Source: the human T2T-CHM13v2.0 reference genome, Homo sapiens. Taken from it: a DNA stretch of 64,000 nucleotides. Within the stretch, counting starts at the first letter, position 1, and each line of letters starts with the position of its first letter. The notes under the pieces were generated by a model that saw only the letters and a program-made list of their open reading frames with translations, was not told where the DNA came from and did no database searches. The stretch lies in assembly GCF_009914755.1 (NCBI RefSeq), contig NC_060936.1. One strand, written 5' to 3'. The position numbers and the translations under genes are program-made. Positions 27,053 through 41,746 of this stretch are shown here, one piece after another.

Positions 27053-27340
27053 GGCTGGGTGCGGTGGCTCACGCCTGTAATCCCAGCACTTTGGGACGCT
27101 GAGGTGGGTGGATCATGAGGTCAGGAGTTTGAGACCAGCCTGGCTATGATGGTGAAACCGCATCTCTACTAAAAATACAAAAATTAGCCAGGCATGGTGG
27201 CAGGCGCCTGTAATCCCAGCTACTTGGGAGGCTGAGGCAGGGAACTGCTTGAACCCAGGAGGCGGATGTTGCATTTAGCCGAGATTGCGCCACTGCACTC
27301 CAGCCTGGGCAACAGAGCAAGACCAAAAAAAAAAAAAAAA
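27053..27340 (+). mobile_element. AluS
   Basis: Full dimer, TSD aatctagtacattta. Confidence 0.9.
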
Positions 27341-28659
27341 CAATCTAGTACATTTAGTACTGGATTCATTTCTATAAAAATCAAATTCTGATTTTTAAAT
27401 AACTTCTAATAAGGGTATTTTACCTATAGATATCAGATAAAAAAAGATTTTTGCATTCAATGAAGTTTCGCATGGTTTTGGTCTTATTGGATAACAGGAA
27501 TCTTAATACCAAATTTCTTTTGTCAGTTAGTACTTAATTCCATTGAATACTTTAGTTTCTTTCCTTGTATAATTTGAAGTAACTCTCCATTAAGAATGAA
27601 ATAGGCCCCTCACTTTTATGGGCTTTTATTATTTTAACTGGAAATTTGAAACACCATATTAACAAACAAGTTTTTTTTCTAATTGCCTATTTTTATTGGG
27701 GTTTATATTGAAATGTGCACTTTATGCGTTTATTTTCATGAGAGAATGTGTGCATGGTTATGATGTTTTTTAAGGAATGCCATTGGCATCCTCCTTTGTA
27801 TGTCTCCTGAGGAGGGAAAACCATAGCAATGTCGACTCTACGAAAAGTATCTTCCTTTAATTACCCTGGAAAGGGAGGCAAACAACAGCTTCCCCCGTTT
27901 TCAGAGTGCTGTCATACAGTTTTAGTTATTTATATAAAAGAAACCTGTCGCTTAAAGTTGATTTAAACCTGGTAAATTGCTCTTCCTTCCATCAGTAGTT
28001 TATAGGAGCTGTGTGCTTTAGCTTTCTCTTTTTATCTAAGCTTCCAGAAAGCTCAGAACTAAGATGTCTGCTTAAAAGTTCAGCATAGCCCAGGTGTTCC
28101 AGTAGTTACCTACGTAATTCATTATTTGGTTTATAAAATACATAAGATTGGAAAAGGAATTAGGTAGACTAATGAATTTCTATTTTATCTCCAGTAGACA
28201 TGTCATTTTAGTGTTATACAGTTTGATGGAAATATATATACCATTTTATATACACACTGATTTAGTCATCTTAAAATCCTTCACAACCAAATTATTATTA
28301 AATGAAATAATAGTTTCATAGAAGCTTTAAAGTATCAGGCCTTTCATTTACTCTTCTGATTGTAGTAAATGATTAAAACTCTGGTAATAAATAGGAAAAA
28401 AACAATGCCAAGCCCAAGCAATCTGTGTTGCTATTTATCAATTCCTTGGTATCTTTTCTTTTTTTAAAAAAAAAAAAGGTAGGGGGTGAGGGCATTCGTT
28501 CATTTTATGCTGACCTTTAGTAGAGCATAATCATCAAGTTGAGCTTGTAAATATGACCTGTTTTCTTTAGCCCTGGAAGCTCTAGAATAACAGAGTGCTT
28601 TTAAAAAAAAAATTAACTTTTAATTTAAATTTAATTAAAAAAAAAAGAGAGAGAGAGAG

Positions 28660-29187
28660 AGAGACAAGGTCTTGCTCTGCTGCCCAGGCTGGAGTGCAGT
28701 GGTAATCATAGCTCACTGCAGCCTCAAACTCCTGGGCTCAAACATTTCTCCTGCTTCAGCCTCCTAAGTAGCTATTTTAAAAATTAGGTGGGTGTGATGG
28801 CGTGCACCTTTAGTCCCAGCTACTTGAGAGGCTGAGGTAAGAGGACTGCATGAACTTGGGAGGTTGAGGCTGCAGAGAGTTGTGTTCACATCACTGCATT
28901 ATGGCCTGAGGGATAGAGTGTTTAATCTTTAATGCCATAGTTTTTTGCCCAGACTTTAGTGCATTGGCACTATCTCAACTCACTGCAGCCTCTGCCTCTT
29001 GGGGTCAAGCGATTCTCATGCCGCAGCCACCAGAGTAGCTGGGATTACAGGCGTGTGTCACTATGCCTGGCTAATTTCTGTATTTTTAGTAGAGACAGGG
29101 TTTCGCCATGTTGTCCAGGCTGGTCTCAAACTCCCGGCCTCAAGTGATCCACCCTCCTTGGCCTCCCAAAGTGCTGGGATTACAGGC
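28660..29187. mobile_element. Composite of three partial Alus: - right arm (28660-28773), + right arm (28783-28920), - partial AluS (28958-29187)
   Basis: Alu motifs switch orientation at ~28775 and ~28940. Confidence 0.8.
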
Positions 29188-29189
29188 TT

Positions 29190-29533
29190 AATACCATATT
29201 TTTTAATGTACCTTTTCTGTGTTTAGATATATTTAGATACACAAATAATTAACATTATACTGCAATGGCCTATAGTATTCAATACAGTAACATGCGTTAC
29301 CTGTTTTTATCCTAGAAGCAATAAGCTATACTATATAGCCTAGGTTTATATATAAATATATTTTCTATTTTTATAGTAGGCAGTACCAACTAGGTTTGTG
29401 TATATACACTTTATGATGTTCACACAACTAAAATCACCTAATATATTTTAGAATGTATCACCATAGTTGGGGTTGAGTATGATGAAACAAACAAACAAAA
29501 TGTATTACCATAGTTAAGTGACACATGACTGTA
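29190..29533. mobile_element. Tigger3-family DNA transposon fragment
   Basis: tgtttagatacacaaata...taggtttgtg...; terminal ttaagtgacacatgactg + TA resembles the Tigger3 TIR. Confidence 0.7.
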
Positions 29534-29724
29534 TGGGTAGGCACGAAGTTAAACTTTTAATTTAAATAATTGACCAAATACTAATATAATGATGACATAT
29601 ACTGAATGTCCTGCAGTTCATAATAATTGTAAATAACATTTATCAAGTGCTTATTATTTTCTACAGCTTCTATTATAAAGTAAGTTCCATGAGGGCAAGG
29701 ATTTTTTATGTTTTTCTCACTGCT

Positions 29725-30307
29725 TTATGATACATTTTAATTTATAAATTAGGCACAGTGGGACAGGCATGCTGATTCATGCCTGTAATCCCAGCAGTTT
29801 GGGAAACCAAAGTAGGAAGATCACTTGAGCCCAGGAGTTTGAGGCCAGACTGGGCAACCCAGCAAGACCCCATCTCTGTTTTTTAAAAAATTAGGCACAG
29901 TAAAAGATTAACTACAATAACTAATAAAAGTGTAACAGCATGCCAGCATCACTAGTCTTGTACTTTAGGGGGTGGGGTGGGGTCATTATTAAGTAAAGTA
30001 AAGGTTGTTTGAACACAAAAACTGCAATACCTCAACAGTTAATCTGAGAACCAAGCCAACTACTAAGTAACTAACGGGGCAGGTTGCATCGACAGTTTAG
30101 AGACACTGGACAAAGGGATGATTCACATCATAGATGGGATGGAGCAGGATGGAGAGAGATTTCATCACACTACTCAGAACAGCTCACAATTTAAAACTTA
30201 AGAATTGTTTATTTCTGGGATTTTCTATTTAATATTTTTGGGCGGCAATTGACTGAGGGTAACTGAAACCATAGAAAGCAAAACCACAGATAAGGGAGGA
30301 CTACTGT
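29725..30307. mobile_element. MER44-type (TcMar-Tigger) element interrupted by a FLAM_C (29761-29887)
   Basis: Terminal gataagggaggactactg+TA; FLAM flanked by 14-bp TSD AAATTAGGCACAGT (29746-29759, 29888-29901). Confidence 0.72.
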
Positions 30308-30642
30308 ATATAAATATATGTCTATATAGATGTTATATTTTTGAAAATATTTGTGTGTATATACATGTATATGCTGACTAAATGAAGGAATAACCTGTGA
30401 CATAGCTGCCTTTATTCAGTTGAGACACAGAGAGGTAAAGTAAGTTGCCAAAGATCACCTAGCTATTAAGTGGAGGAGCTGGGATTCAAACCTATGTAGT
30501 CTGATTTCAGAAACTGTGCTCTCAACTGCCATTGTTTTCTGCTACCTCTGTTGTGTTTACAGAAATACAGGAACACGAATAGTAAATATTGCTTTTCTTA
30601 TTCAGTCGAGTCAGTTATTTTAAGGGTTATGATAGCCTAGTG

Positions 30643-30850
30643 CAGGGCTTCCCACCCTCAGCACTGCTGACCTTTCTGGAGGTTTATTTGGACATGGAGG
30701 GCTCTGCTCTGCATTATAAACTGTTTAGCAGCACCCTGGCCTCTACCCACTAGACACCAGTAACGTTTCCCCAGTTATGACATTCAAAATGTTACCAGGG
30801 ATTGCCAAATGCTCCCCTGGAGGCGAAATCACCCAATTGAGAACCACTTG
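30643..30850. mobile_element. MER20 (hAT-Charlie)
   Basis: ctcagcactgctgac...tttagcagcaccctggcctctacccactaga...ttgagaaccact. Confidence 0.8.
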
Positions 30851-30966
30851 TCTAGACCTATATATTAAAAGTCTGGAAGTAAGAGTAGGTAAACACTGGC
30901 ATTGTATTTAGAAAAGTTTGGACTTCCTACTAGGCCACAGTGACTACAGAGACAAGGTGGGAATTA

Positions 30967-31360
<394 letters not shown>

Positions 31361-31833
31361 CTAGAAATACAAATTTTTTAAATACTTTTTTTTATTCTCG
31401 GTTTTTATTAAGCATAAAATATCTGGCAAGAATTTTTTAAGTGACACCTTGTTTCAGTGTCTGTTAAAATTCTAATGCATTTTTAATAGGATAGTGATAT
31501 GTTAGTTTGTAATTTAGTAGTGCAATACGTATTGCAAAAATATAGCATGTGTGTCCCTAAAAATCACCTCTTCATGCAAAATCTGGAAACAAAAAACGCA
31601 GGGCTTGGGGGGAAAATGGATCTAGGAGCACACTACACAAAAACTTCATTAGTGACACATGGGAATAAAGATAGGAACCGAATAAAAATGGTAGCATAAT
31701 AAATATGACATTTGGCCTTGAAAAAGACCCGCATTTTGCTTGTGAAAGTAACTGAGTGTTGAAAGGGTTTCAGCATGTGAATTATTGGGAGGTGCTGGGA
31801 GGAAGGTTATCTGAAATTGAGTTGAAAGCTGTA

Positions 31834-32148
31834 GGCCTGGTGCGGTGGCTCACAGTGTAATCCCAGCACTTTGGGAAGCCAAGGCTGATGGATCACTTGA
31901 GGCCAGGAGTTCAAGACCAGCCTGGCCAACATGGCAAAACCCCATCTCTACTAAAAATGGAAAAAATTAGCCAGGCATGGTGACACACGCTCGTAATCCC
32001 AGCTAACTTGGGAGGCTGAGGCAGGAGGATCCTTTGAACCCAGGAGGCAGAGGTTGCAGTGATCTGAGATTGCGCCACTTCACTGCAGCCTGGGCAACAG
32101 AGCAAAACTCTGTCTCAAAAAAAAAAAAAAGAAAAGAAAAGAAAAAAA
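31834..32148 (+). mobile_element. AluS
   Basis: Full dimer with A tail. Confidence 0.9.
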
Positions 32149-33720
32149 AGTTGTATCACCAGATGAGGATAGGTGTGTTTCATAAAACAGGCAGTGAACT
32201 GAAGTAGCTGGTACATGTTTGAGGTGTGTGCAGATATACATTTTGTGTATTCCTACATGGCTGGGTTTTGTTGGGTGCAGTTTTTTGCATCCATCTAGAG
32301 TCTCTCACAGATAAAATCATGCATAAGCAAATGCCAAGTTGTGTTGTGCTCAAATTGTTCCTTTAACGTACAAATCATGTTGAAACAGTTCCAGCAAGCG
32401 TTATAGCAGAACTGATGATTCTCTTGATCTGAATTTTGAGGCCCATCCAAAAAAAAAAAAAAAAAAAAAAAACTTGTGAAATGCAGAAAAGAATGGCAGC
32501 TCTAAGATAAAAACATACAATTTGTAATAATACAGGGGACAAACTTTGGTAGAATTGAGAAAAGGCTAGAATCATTGTCTTCCCTTCCCTGCCCTTCCTG
32601 TGGTCCTGAGCAGTCCACTCCTCCGTTGTGCCAAGACAATGGTCAGGACCTAACAGTGAGCCAGCTACCTCCCAGGGTGTCAAGTGCTGTATCTATTAAA
32701 TTTTTTCTAAATATTAACAGATGGCTCTATGTGCTTCTTAGACTACTTGATTTAAGGAATAATAGAAACACTATGTTTCATTAATGATTCTACTCTTACA
32801 ATAGTCAATATGGAATTTTTTTAAAACTATCTATATCTTTATATTAATACTGTTTCAATTTTATTTAATGGATAAAGCTTCAGAGTATTGAGTTACCCAA
32901 AAAAATATGAAAATTAGGATTTGGAAAAAGAACTTAAGCATATGAAATTTACCTGGAAGTTTGCAGGTTGTGGTTATAGACTTCTCACCATACAGAGCAC
33001 ATGTACTAATATTTTAAGATTAACAAAAGAAAACTAATATTCAATACAGACCTTACAAGGTAAATTTTCTAATGTCAGGCATGTCAATGATAGGTCTCTG
33101 TTACAGATTACTTTATGGTATATGACTTAATGAAAATTATTATAGACTATTTAATATATCAATGTATATTGCATATTATTTTGAGCATCTAATATTTTTG
33201 GCTTAAATAAATAGGGTTTTTTTCCTTCTTTCATTCAAGAAGACAGTTGAAGACCTAATCTTATCATTCAACCTAGAAAGAATACTATTTCTTAGGCAAA
33301 CATCTTTTTCTCCAAAAATAGTCATAACTTAATTCAAAGCAATTTTTTTCAGTAAATATAACAGATTTTTCTTTGTTTTTGTTGTTGTTTCCACATTTCA
33401 TTTAAGATTTTTGCTTCTCCTTCAGATTTCATTTTTTTCTACAACATACCTTCCTCAAGTGTCAAAAAATTAATCTCATTACATTATCTATATAAAGGTT
33501 ATTTTTAAAACAGAAACACTGTAAATTATTCCTGTTTCAGAACCTTCTATTTTTTTAAGGTACTGGTGCCCATATAGTAGTACTGTTAGGTTTTCTTTCC
33601 ATTTATGAATTTGGCATTAGTACTCTGTAATGCACCCATGTTGGACCATAAAACAGTGGAGGTAAGTAGACACTCATACTTACTTTTCATGACCCACCTA
33701 TGAAGTGTAAAATACAGTAA

Positions 33721-34105
<385 letters not shown>

Positions 34106-34248
34106 TAACCTTTGTTTATAAAATAATGAAAAAGGATTGAGGCCAGACTGAGAAGGGATGCATTTAACTTTTTTGTAAAAATATAAGTAACATTTACACA
34201 CATATACACTCTCAATAGATAGTAGGAAAGATATATTTAGGAATCTCA

Positions 34249-34576
<328 letters not shown>

Positions 34577-34663
34577 TCATTTCCTTTGTAGACTAATGTT
34601 ACAATAAATAAATGGGAATTTTAAATACCTGCATGTTCTGTTTTTCTTTTTTTCTTTTTTCAG

Positions 34664-34747
34664 CCATAATGAAAGGAAAGTGACCTGCAAACATCCAGTC
34701 ACAGGACAACCATCACAGGACAATTGTATTTTTGTAGTGAATGAACA
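34664..34747 (+). CDS. PLEKHA5: PLEKHA5 internal coding exon (84 nt, phase 2-2; probably exon 4), end of second WW domain
   Basis: Polypyrimidine tract + CAG ending at 34663; reads (N)HNERKVTCKHPVTGQPSQDNCIFVVNE(Q); donor CA|GTAAGT at 34748. Peptide recognised as PLEKHA5/PEPP2. Confidence 0.96.
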
Positions 34748-35207
34748 GTAAGTAAAGAGTTTCATGGAATGCCTGTATTCAAAATTGGGTTAGCATTGAA
34801 ATTGCTGTTATTTATATTTCAATTTAGCAGTTTTCTTATCTGGACATTTGTAGTCAAGTATAATAACAGAATGCCAGCTGTTCACAATGTGTCATATAGA
34901 AACCTGAGTTAAACATTTTTTTCATGAAGAATGTAATTTCAGAAGCTGTTTTTATAGTACTTCAAACGCAGTAAGCTCAAGAACCCGGGATGCAAGCTTA
35001 GAGAAACTGTGTAAATGGTTAGATTATTAAACTAATTTGAGCTCACTTTTCTCATCCTTAAATCAGATAGTGGTAATTACTATTTCACAAGAGTTTTATA
35101 AGCATCAAAGAATGTATTATACTGTAAAGCTATTCACAGAGTTAGTTACTGAAATTGTTATTGTTTTTAAAATTAGAATAATCTTATAATTCATTTTTAA
35201 TTTTTCA

Positions 35208-35557
<350 letters not shown>

Positions 35558-35769
35558 TAATAAATAAACATGATAATAATGTATTTTTGGCTTAGGAAAA
35601 GCGTTAGCTGTATTTAAAGTTGTTGTAAGTATTAAGGCCTGACTCTAGAGTAACTAGGATCCAAGTACTGTGAAAAAGTAGGACACTCGCATTGTTAACT
35701 GTAGAGAAGTGTAATTATAAAGCGGGTTACATACACAGCAAGTTCTAGCATTTTGACATATATTTTCAG

Positions 35770-35890
35770 GACTGTTGCAACCATGACATCTGAAGAAAAG
35801 AAGGAACGGCCAATAAGTATGATAAATGAAGCTTCTAACTATAACGTGACTTCAGATTATGCAGTGCATCCAATGAGCCCTGTAGGCAGA
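35770..35890 (+). CDS. PLEKHA5: PLEKHA5 coding exon (121 nt, phase 2-0)
   Basis: ttttcag|G ACT GTT...; TVATMTSEEKKERPISMINEASNYNVTSDYAVHPMSPVGR; donor AGA|GTAAGT; in frame with previous exon. Confidence 0.96.
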
Positions 35891-36499
35891 GTAAGTTATT
35901 TTGCTTTATATTAATTATTGATAAGGAGTAAACAGTATCTATACCGTTACTCATAATGGACTTAAAAGTATAGAATAATAATTACATTTTTATTATTACA
36001 TGAATTTGAAGGTAATTGATATAAGAAGCAACAGCCCGAAATACAAAGTAATAAGATTGTAATTCAGTGACTTAAATTTTTAAATTTGGAATAATTTTAG
36101 AAATACATTGATATTTGTGAGAGAGAATGGGTACACTTAAGTTTTAAAGGTGATTATTCATGTAATAGCCTAGAAATCAAATTATCTGACTATAAGAATG
36201 CTTAGATGGAGAAAACATTTTTCAGCAAAACCATTGTAATAGTATATTATGTTTATTGTAAGGAAATAGATAATTATAAGATAATTATAATAATAGTATT
36301 TTAAATGCCAGTTAAGGTTTTTGAAATAAAATTTTGTTAGGAGATTATAAATGAATGTAAATTTTCAAGTAATATAAATAATTTCTGATTATTAAGTAAA
36401 ATAAATCCAACAGGCTAACTGAGCATAATGCTTTATGAGTATATTTTAATTAAAATCTGGAGAAATTGATGAATGGATTGAGAGCCACTAGGTCATTGT

Positions 36500-37130
36500 C
36501 TTGAAAGAAAGTTGAATCTGTTCCTCATACTTTACACCAGAAATTTTCTAGATGGATCAGTTGTTGAAATGTTAAAAACAAAACTAAGAAAAAAACAATG
36601 GAAGATTTGAAAAAAAAAAAAAAAGAAAAGCTCAGAATGCAGATGGGCTTTCTAAATATGACATAAAACTCAGAAGTAACAATATAAAATAATGAGAAAT
36701 TCAACCACACGTAATTATTATCCATGCAGAGTATCTGTAATTCATATAACAATTAAAGAATAATTTCCTTATAATTAAAGAAGTGCTGTGAATCAATAAG
36801 AAAAGGGCTTATGAGCCAGTTTGGAAATGGAAAAATTATATGAAATCAGTTTTCGGGAAAGAAAATGGAATTTACTCTTAAATATATGAAAAAAGATTCT
36901 CAGCCTCATCCATAATATGAAAAATACTAATTAAAACCAGAAAAAGACACCATTTCCACCTGCAGATTTCCAAAGATCAGAAAGTTTCATAACACAGCAC
37001 ACTAACAACAGTATGGGTAAATAGGCATTCGGTTTATATAGTGAGCTCCAAGAAATAATGGAACAGAAGAGTGGATATTAAAATATGCAGTCATTTCAGA
37101 AAAATACTCATTAATCATGAGAACAATTAT
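36500..37130 (+). mobile_element. Old L1ME-type fragment
   Basis: Degenerate L1 ORF2 3' motifs (ctcatactttacacc...gatggatc; aatatatgaaaaaagattctcagcctca). Confidence 0.55.
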
Positions 37131-38157
37131 TTTAGATAGATAGGCACACACATACAGTGATATTGGTTGCCACACAGTTGTGAGTGGGGCTAGCTGGGTG
37201 CTGGAGCCCAAGAGTGAGTAGATTGATCTTTGTGTATCTTTTTGTGTCGTTTGAGTTTTATACTGTTTTTAAGCATTACCTGTTTGAAAGTAAATTAAAA
37301 TCTATCAAGAAAACATGCTTTAGGAAAAATTTTGTTGATATTGGGCCTTAAAATTTTCTTATATACTAATAAAAGCTTCCCAAAACAAAATTCTAAAGAA
37401 GTATGCTGGATTTCCAAAGATTCTGAACAAGTAGAAAAGTAAGAGATAATTTTATGTTACTTTATAGCTTCATTGTTTTCATCTTTGTTGGTCACCATTA
37501 TGATTCCTGCCAAAATAAATCTTCATGGTAACCATAGCAGTATTTTTAAAGACTGTATATCCTTATGTGTATTTTGAAGAATCCAGTAAACCCCATCTGT
37601 CTAGTTTAAGTTCAGAGTTGTCCATAAAAAAGAAAACACTACATCACATTAAGCAGATCCTTCCTGTCCTGTTTTGACTTGATGTGATATATTTGTTTAT
37701 ATTTAATATCTGTATATTTCTCCTCAGACTGAGTGCCATTAACTTTCTTTAATTGAACCTGCACTATTAAATGCAGATATAAAGGGAAAAGTTCTGTCAT
37801 TTGGTTTATTCTTAAAGATCTGTTAACAGTTTTTACTCAAGATCTATTCATTTTATATAGCAGGTAGGACAAAATACTGCCACATACTCTGTGTTTCTAA
37901 AAATTGTATATCCTATCCAGATTTTAAAGGAAAGATTGTAAAACTTGTGATACCCTGGGGGAAAAATTTTTGGTGCGGAATTCTTACACTTCAAAAAACT
38001 AACCCAGCAAAAGTAGAATTTTAATAATTTTTCTGAAAAGATTTAAGTCCTGCAAGTCTTGGGAAAATCTGAAAAGAGATTAAATTTTAAGAGGAAGATA
38101 AGCTCAAATCTCTAGGCATTAATACCACATTTTCTGTCATGCTCTTTTTCTATTTAG

Positions 38158-38262
38158 ACTTCACGAGCTTCAAAAAAAGTTCATAATTTTGGAAAGAGGT
38201 CAAATTCAATTAAAAGGAATCCTAATGCACCGGTTGTCAGACGAGGTTGGCTTTATAAACAG
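38158..38262 (+). CDS. PLEKHA5: PLEKHA5 coding exon (105 nt, phase 0-0), start of PH domain
   Basis: tctatttag|ACT; TSRASKKVHNFGKRSNSIKRNPNAPVVRRGWLYKQ (PH beta1 GWLxKQ); donor CAG|GTATTT. Confidence 0.96.
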
Positions 38263-39265
38263 GTATTTTTTTTTTTTTGATATGAAACAAAAGACAGAAT
38301 TAGAAGGAACCTTTTAAACTGAATGTACCTAAGACAATTCTATAAAATCATAAAATTAAGAAGGAACTATGGAGAAGCCACCCAGGTTATTTGACTGCTT
38401 GTTACCCCTGAAGAATATCAAGGGAACAGTGAAGACAGAAAAAGGAGTGGACATTACTTACAACTGAGATTGTGTGTTTGTTATGGGTATTTCTAGACTT
38501 AAAATTAAATATATGCTGTATGAAAATGTTAGAAATAGCATGGTAAAAGTATCCAGACAGAAATATTTTTAAAATGTCAAAATTGAAATAAACAACTAAA
38601 TATTAATACAAGGGTACTCATTTTTCTATTGATATAAAAATTGTTAGAGAAATATACAGTTGTATATTTCCCCCCTTTATACAGAAATTTTACAATAATT
38701 TCAGATTTTTCTGAGTTTTTTCAGATTTTTGATTCTATAATATGAGATTATTCTTTCTTCCTCTTATTTTTTTTGGTTATTTATTTTTTCTTTTCTTTTT
38801 AATTTGCTCATACAGGGTTTACTCTCAGGCGTCCTGATTGGTTGATATTGCTGCACTGACTGGGGAACTTGCTATCTAAGCTCTTTTGGAACCTTATTAG
38901 TTTTGCAATTAGTAAATATATATGTACATTACTTCCTTGGATTTTGACATCATTTCGATTACATAGAGGCTATTTACTTCCCAGTTTGCAGCTAGGTTTC
39001 AGATAAGTGACTGGTAGATAACTGAGGTGACATCCTCAATCTTCAAGGCTTTTTTCTTTCTGATTCTATATACGTACAGATGATACAAAGCAAGTTAAAT
39101 ATTAGTTCATTGGTGTCAGTTTATTCTGTTAAATATTGCTGATTGCTTTCAGGTGACCTAATGATTTTTATTTATTGAGTCATAATTTTTATTGAAAGAT
39201 CATTGACTATATTTTAACCATCTGATATTTAAGCTTTCCAGGCTAAAAGGTTTTTGCACATTTAG

Positions 39266-39592
<327 letters not shown>

Positions 39593-39785
39593 AGTTTCTA
39601 ATAGAAAATTTTCTCCATATTTTCCAGCTAGTCTTTCTAATAAGTCCAAATTATGATCCACTATTTCAGTGCAAAACTGAGCCTCATACCCTAATGGCAT
39701 TCCTTATTTAAAATAGCTCTTGTTCTTATTTCTTGATCCCTTGGTTAATTTAGCATTGCAAAAGTATTACCAAGTAGCTTCTCTA

Positions 39786-40103
<318 letters not shown>

Positions 40104-40195
40104 AGTGTTTATTTTGTAATATGTGTGTGACACATATTTGTTTACAGTGTCCCTTATCTGTACTAAAGAAAGAATATAATGAAGTAATTGAAGAT

Positions 40196-40490
40196 GGCTG
40201 GGTGTGATGGCTCACACCTGTTATTCCAACACTTTGGGAGGCCAAGGTGGGTGGATCACCTTAGGACAGGAGTTCAAGACCAGCCTGGCCAACATGGAGA
40301 AACCCTGTCTCTACCAAAAATACAAAAATTAGCCAGCTGTGGTGGTGCACGACTGTAATCCTAGCTACTCGGGAGGCTGAGACACGAGAATCACTTGAAA
40401 CCAGGAAGCAGAGGTTGCAGTGAGCTGAGATTGTAGCACTACACACCATCCTGGGTGACAGTGTGAGACTGTCTCGGAAAAAAAAAAAAA
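40196..40490 (+). mobile_element. AluS
   Basis: Full dimer; TSD aattgaagat. Confidence 0.9.
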
Positions 40491-41286
40491 TTGAAGATAT
40501 CATTTGCCATTTAATTTTTTTTTTTTTTTGGTTTCTTTTTTGGTATAGCTGTCAATTTTAAGGCCAAATCTTTTATTTTGAAAGATTTTACCCATGTTAA
40601 TTTCTATAATTCTGAAGTCATTACTCACAGCTAGAAATAAATTTAGAAATAATCAATGCACATCCAAACTGGCCTCTCGTTTTTTCTTTTTTCTTTTTTC
40701 TTTTTTTTTGGTATCTGTTTAATTCTCACTTCCAATTTTGCTACATTGCATATGGGAAAGTAATTTTTATTAAAATTCTAATTTTGTTTGAGCCTGATAT
40801 TTTAATGAACTAAATTACTTAGAAATAGCTGCCAAAAAGTCTCTCTTTTTTGCATGATGAGCAAATCCCAAACTATAGATGCAAGAAAAAAATGTTTATG
40901 AATTGCATTTGTATATTAAGGTTTCTTTATTCATAGTCATTTTAAATCACATTACCTTTGGAATAATTTCAATTCACATATTTCTCTTCTTGTTGAAGAT
41001 TAACATATTTATTAAATCTGGTTTACCAGAACACATGCACTGCTGCATGGTTACATTATTCTCATCCTAGCAGATGTTTGTGTTGAGAAGAGTGAATTCC
41101 AAATTGCTTACAAATACGAAGCCAAATCAAATTGCCTTAATATATTCCTTTTGCATGATGGTATTTTCGGAGACCAGTCTAGTTGGGAATATCTAAGGCC
41201 CTAGAAAACTACCTCCAAATTTTTAATTGGCCTTTTAGATAGGTTATATTACACATGTATCAAACATACCTTGTTTTAAAAGTTTA

Positions 41287-41650
<364 letters not shown>

Positions 41651-41673
41651 TTAAATATGCTGATTTAATCCAG

Positions 41674-41746
41674 GACAGTACTGGCATGAAATTGTGGAAG
41701 AAACGCTGGTTTGTGCTTTCTGACCTTTGCCTCTTTTATTATAGAG
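41674..41746 (+). CDS. PLEKHA5: PLEKHA5 coding exon (73 nt, phase 0-1), PH domain
   Basis: aatccag|GAC; [24 protein letters not shown] ([10 protein letters not shown] motif); donor G|GTAAGT. Confidence 0.97.
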
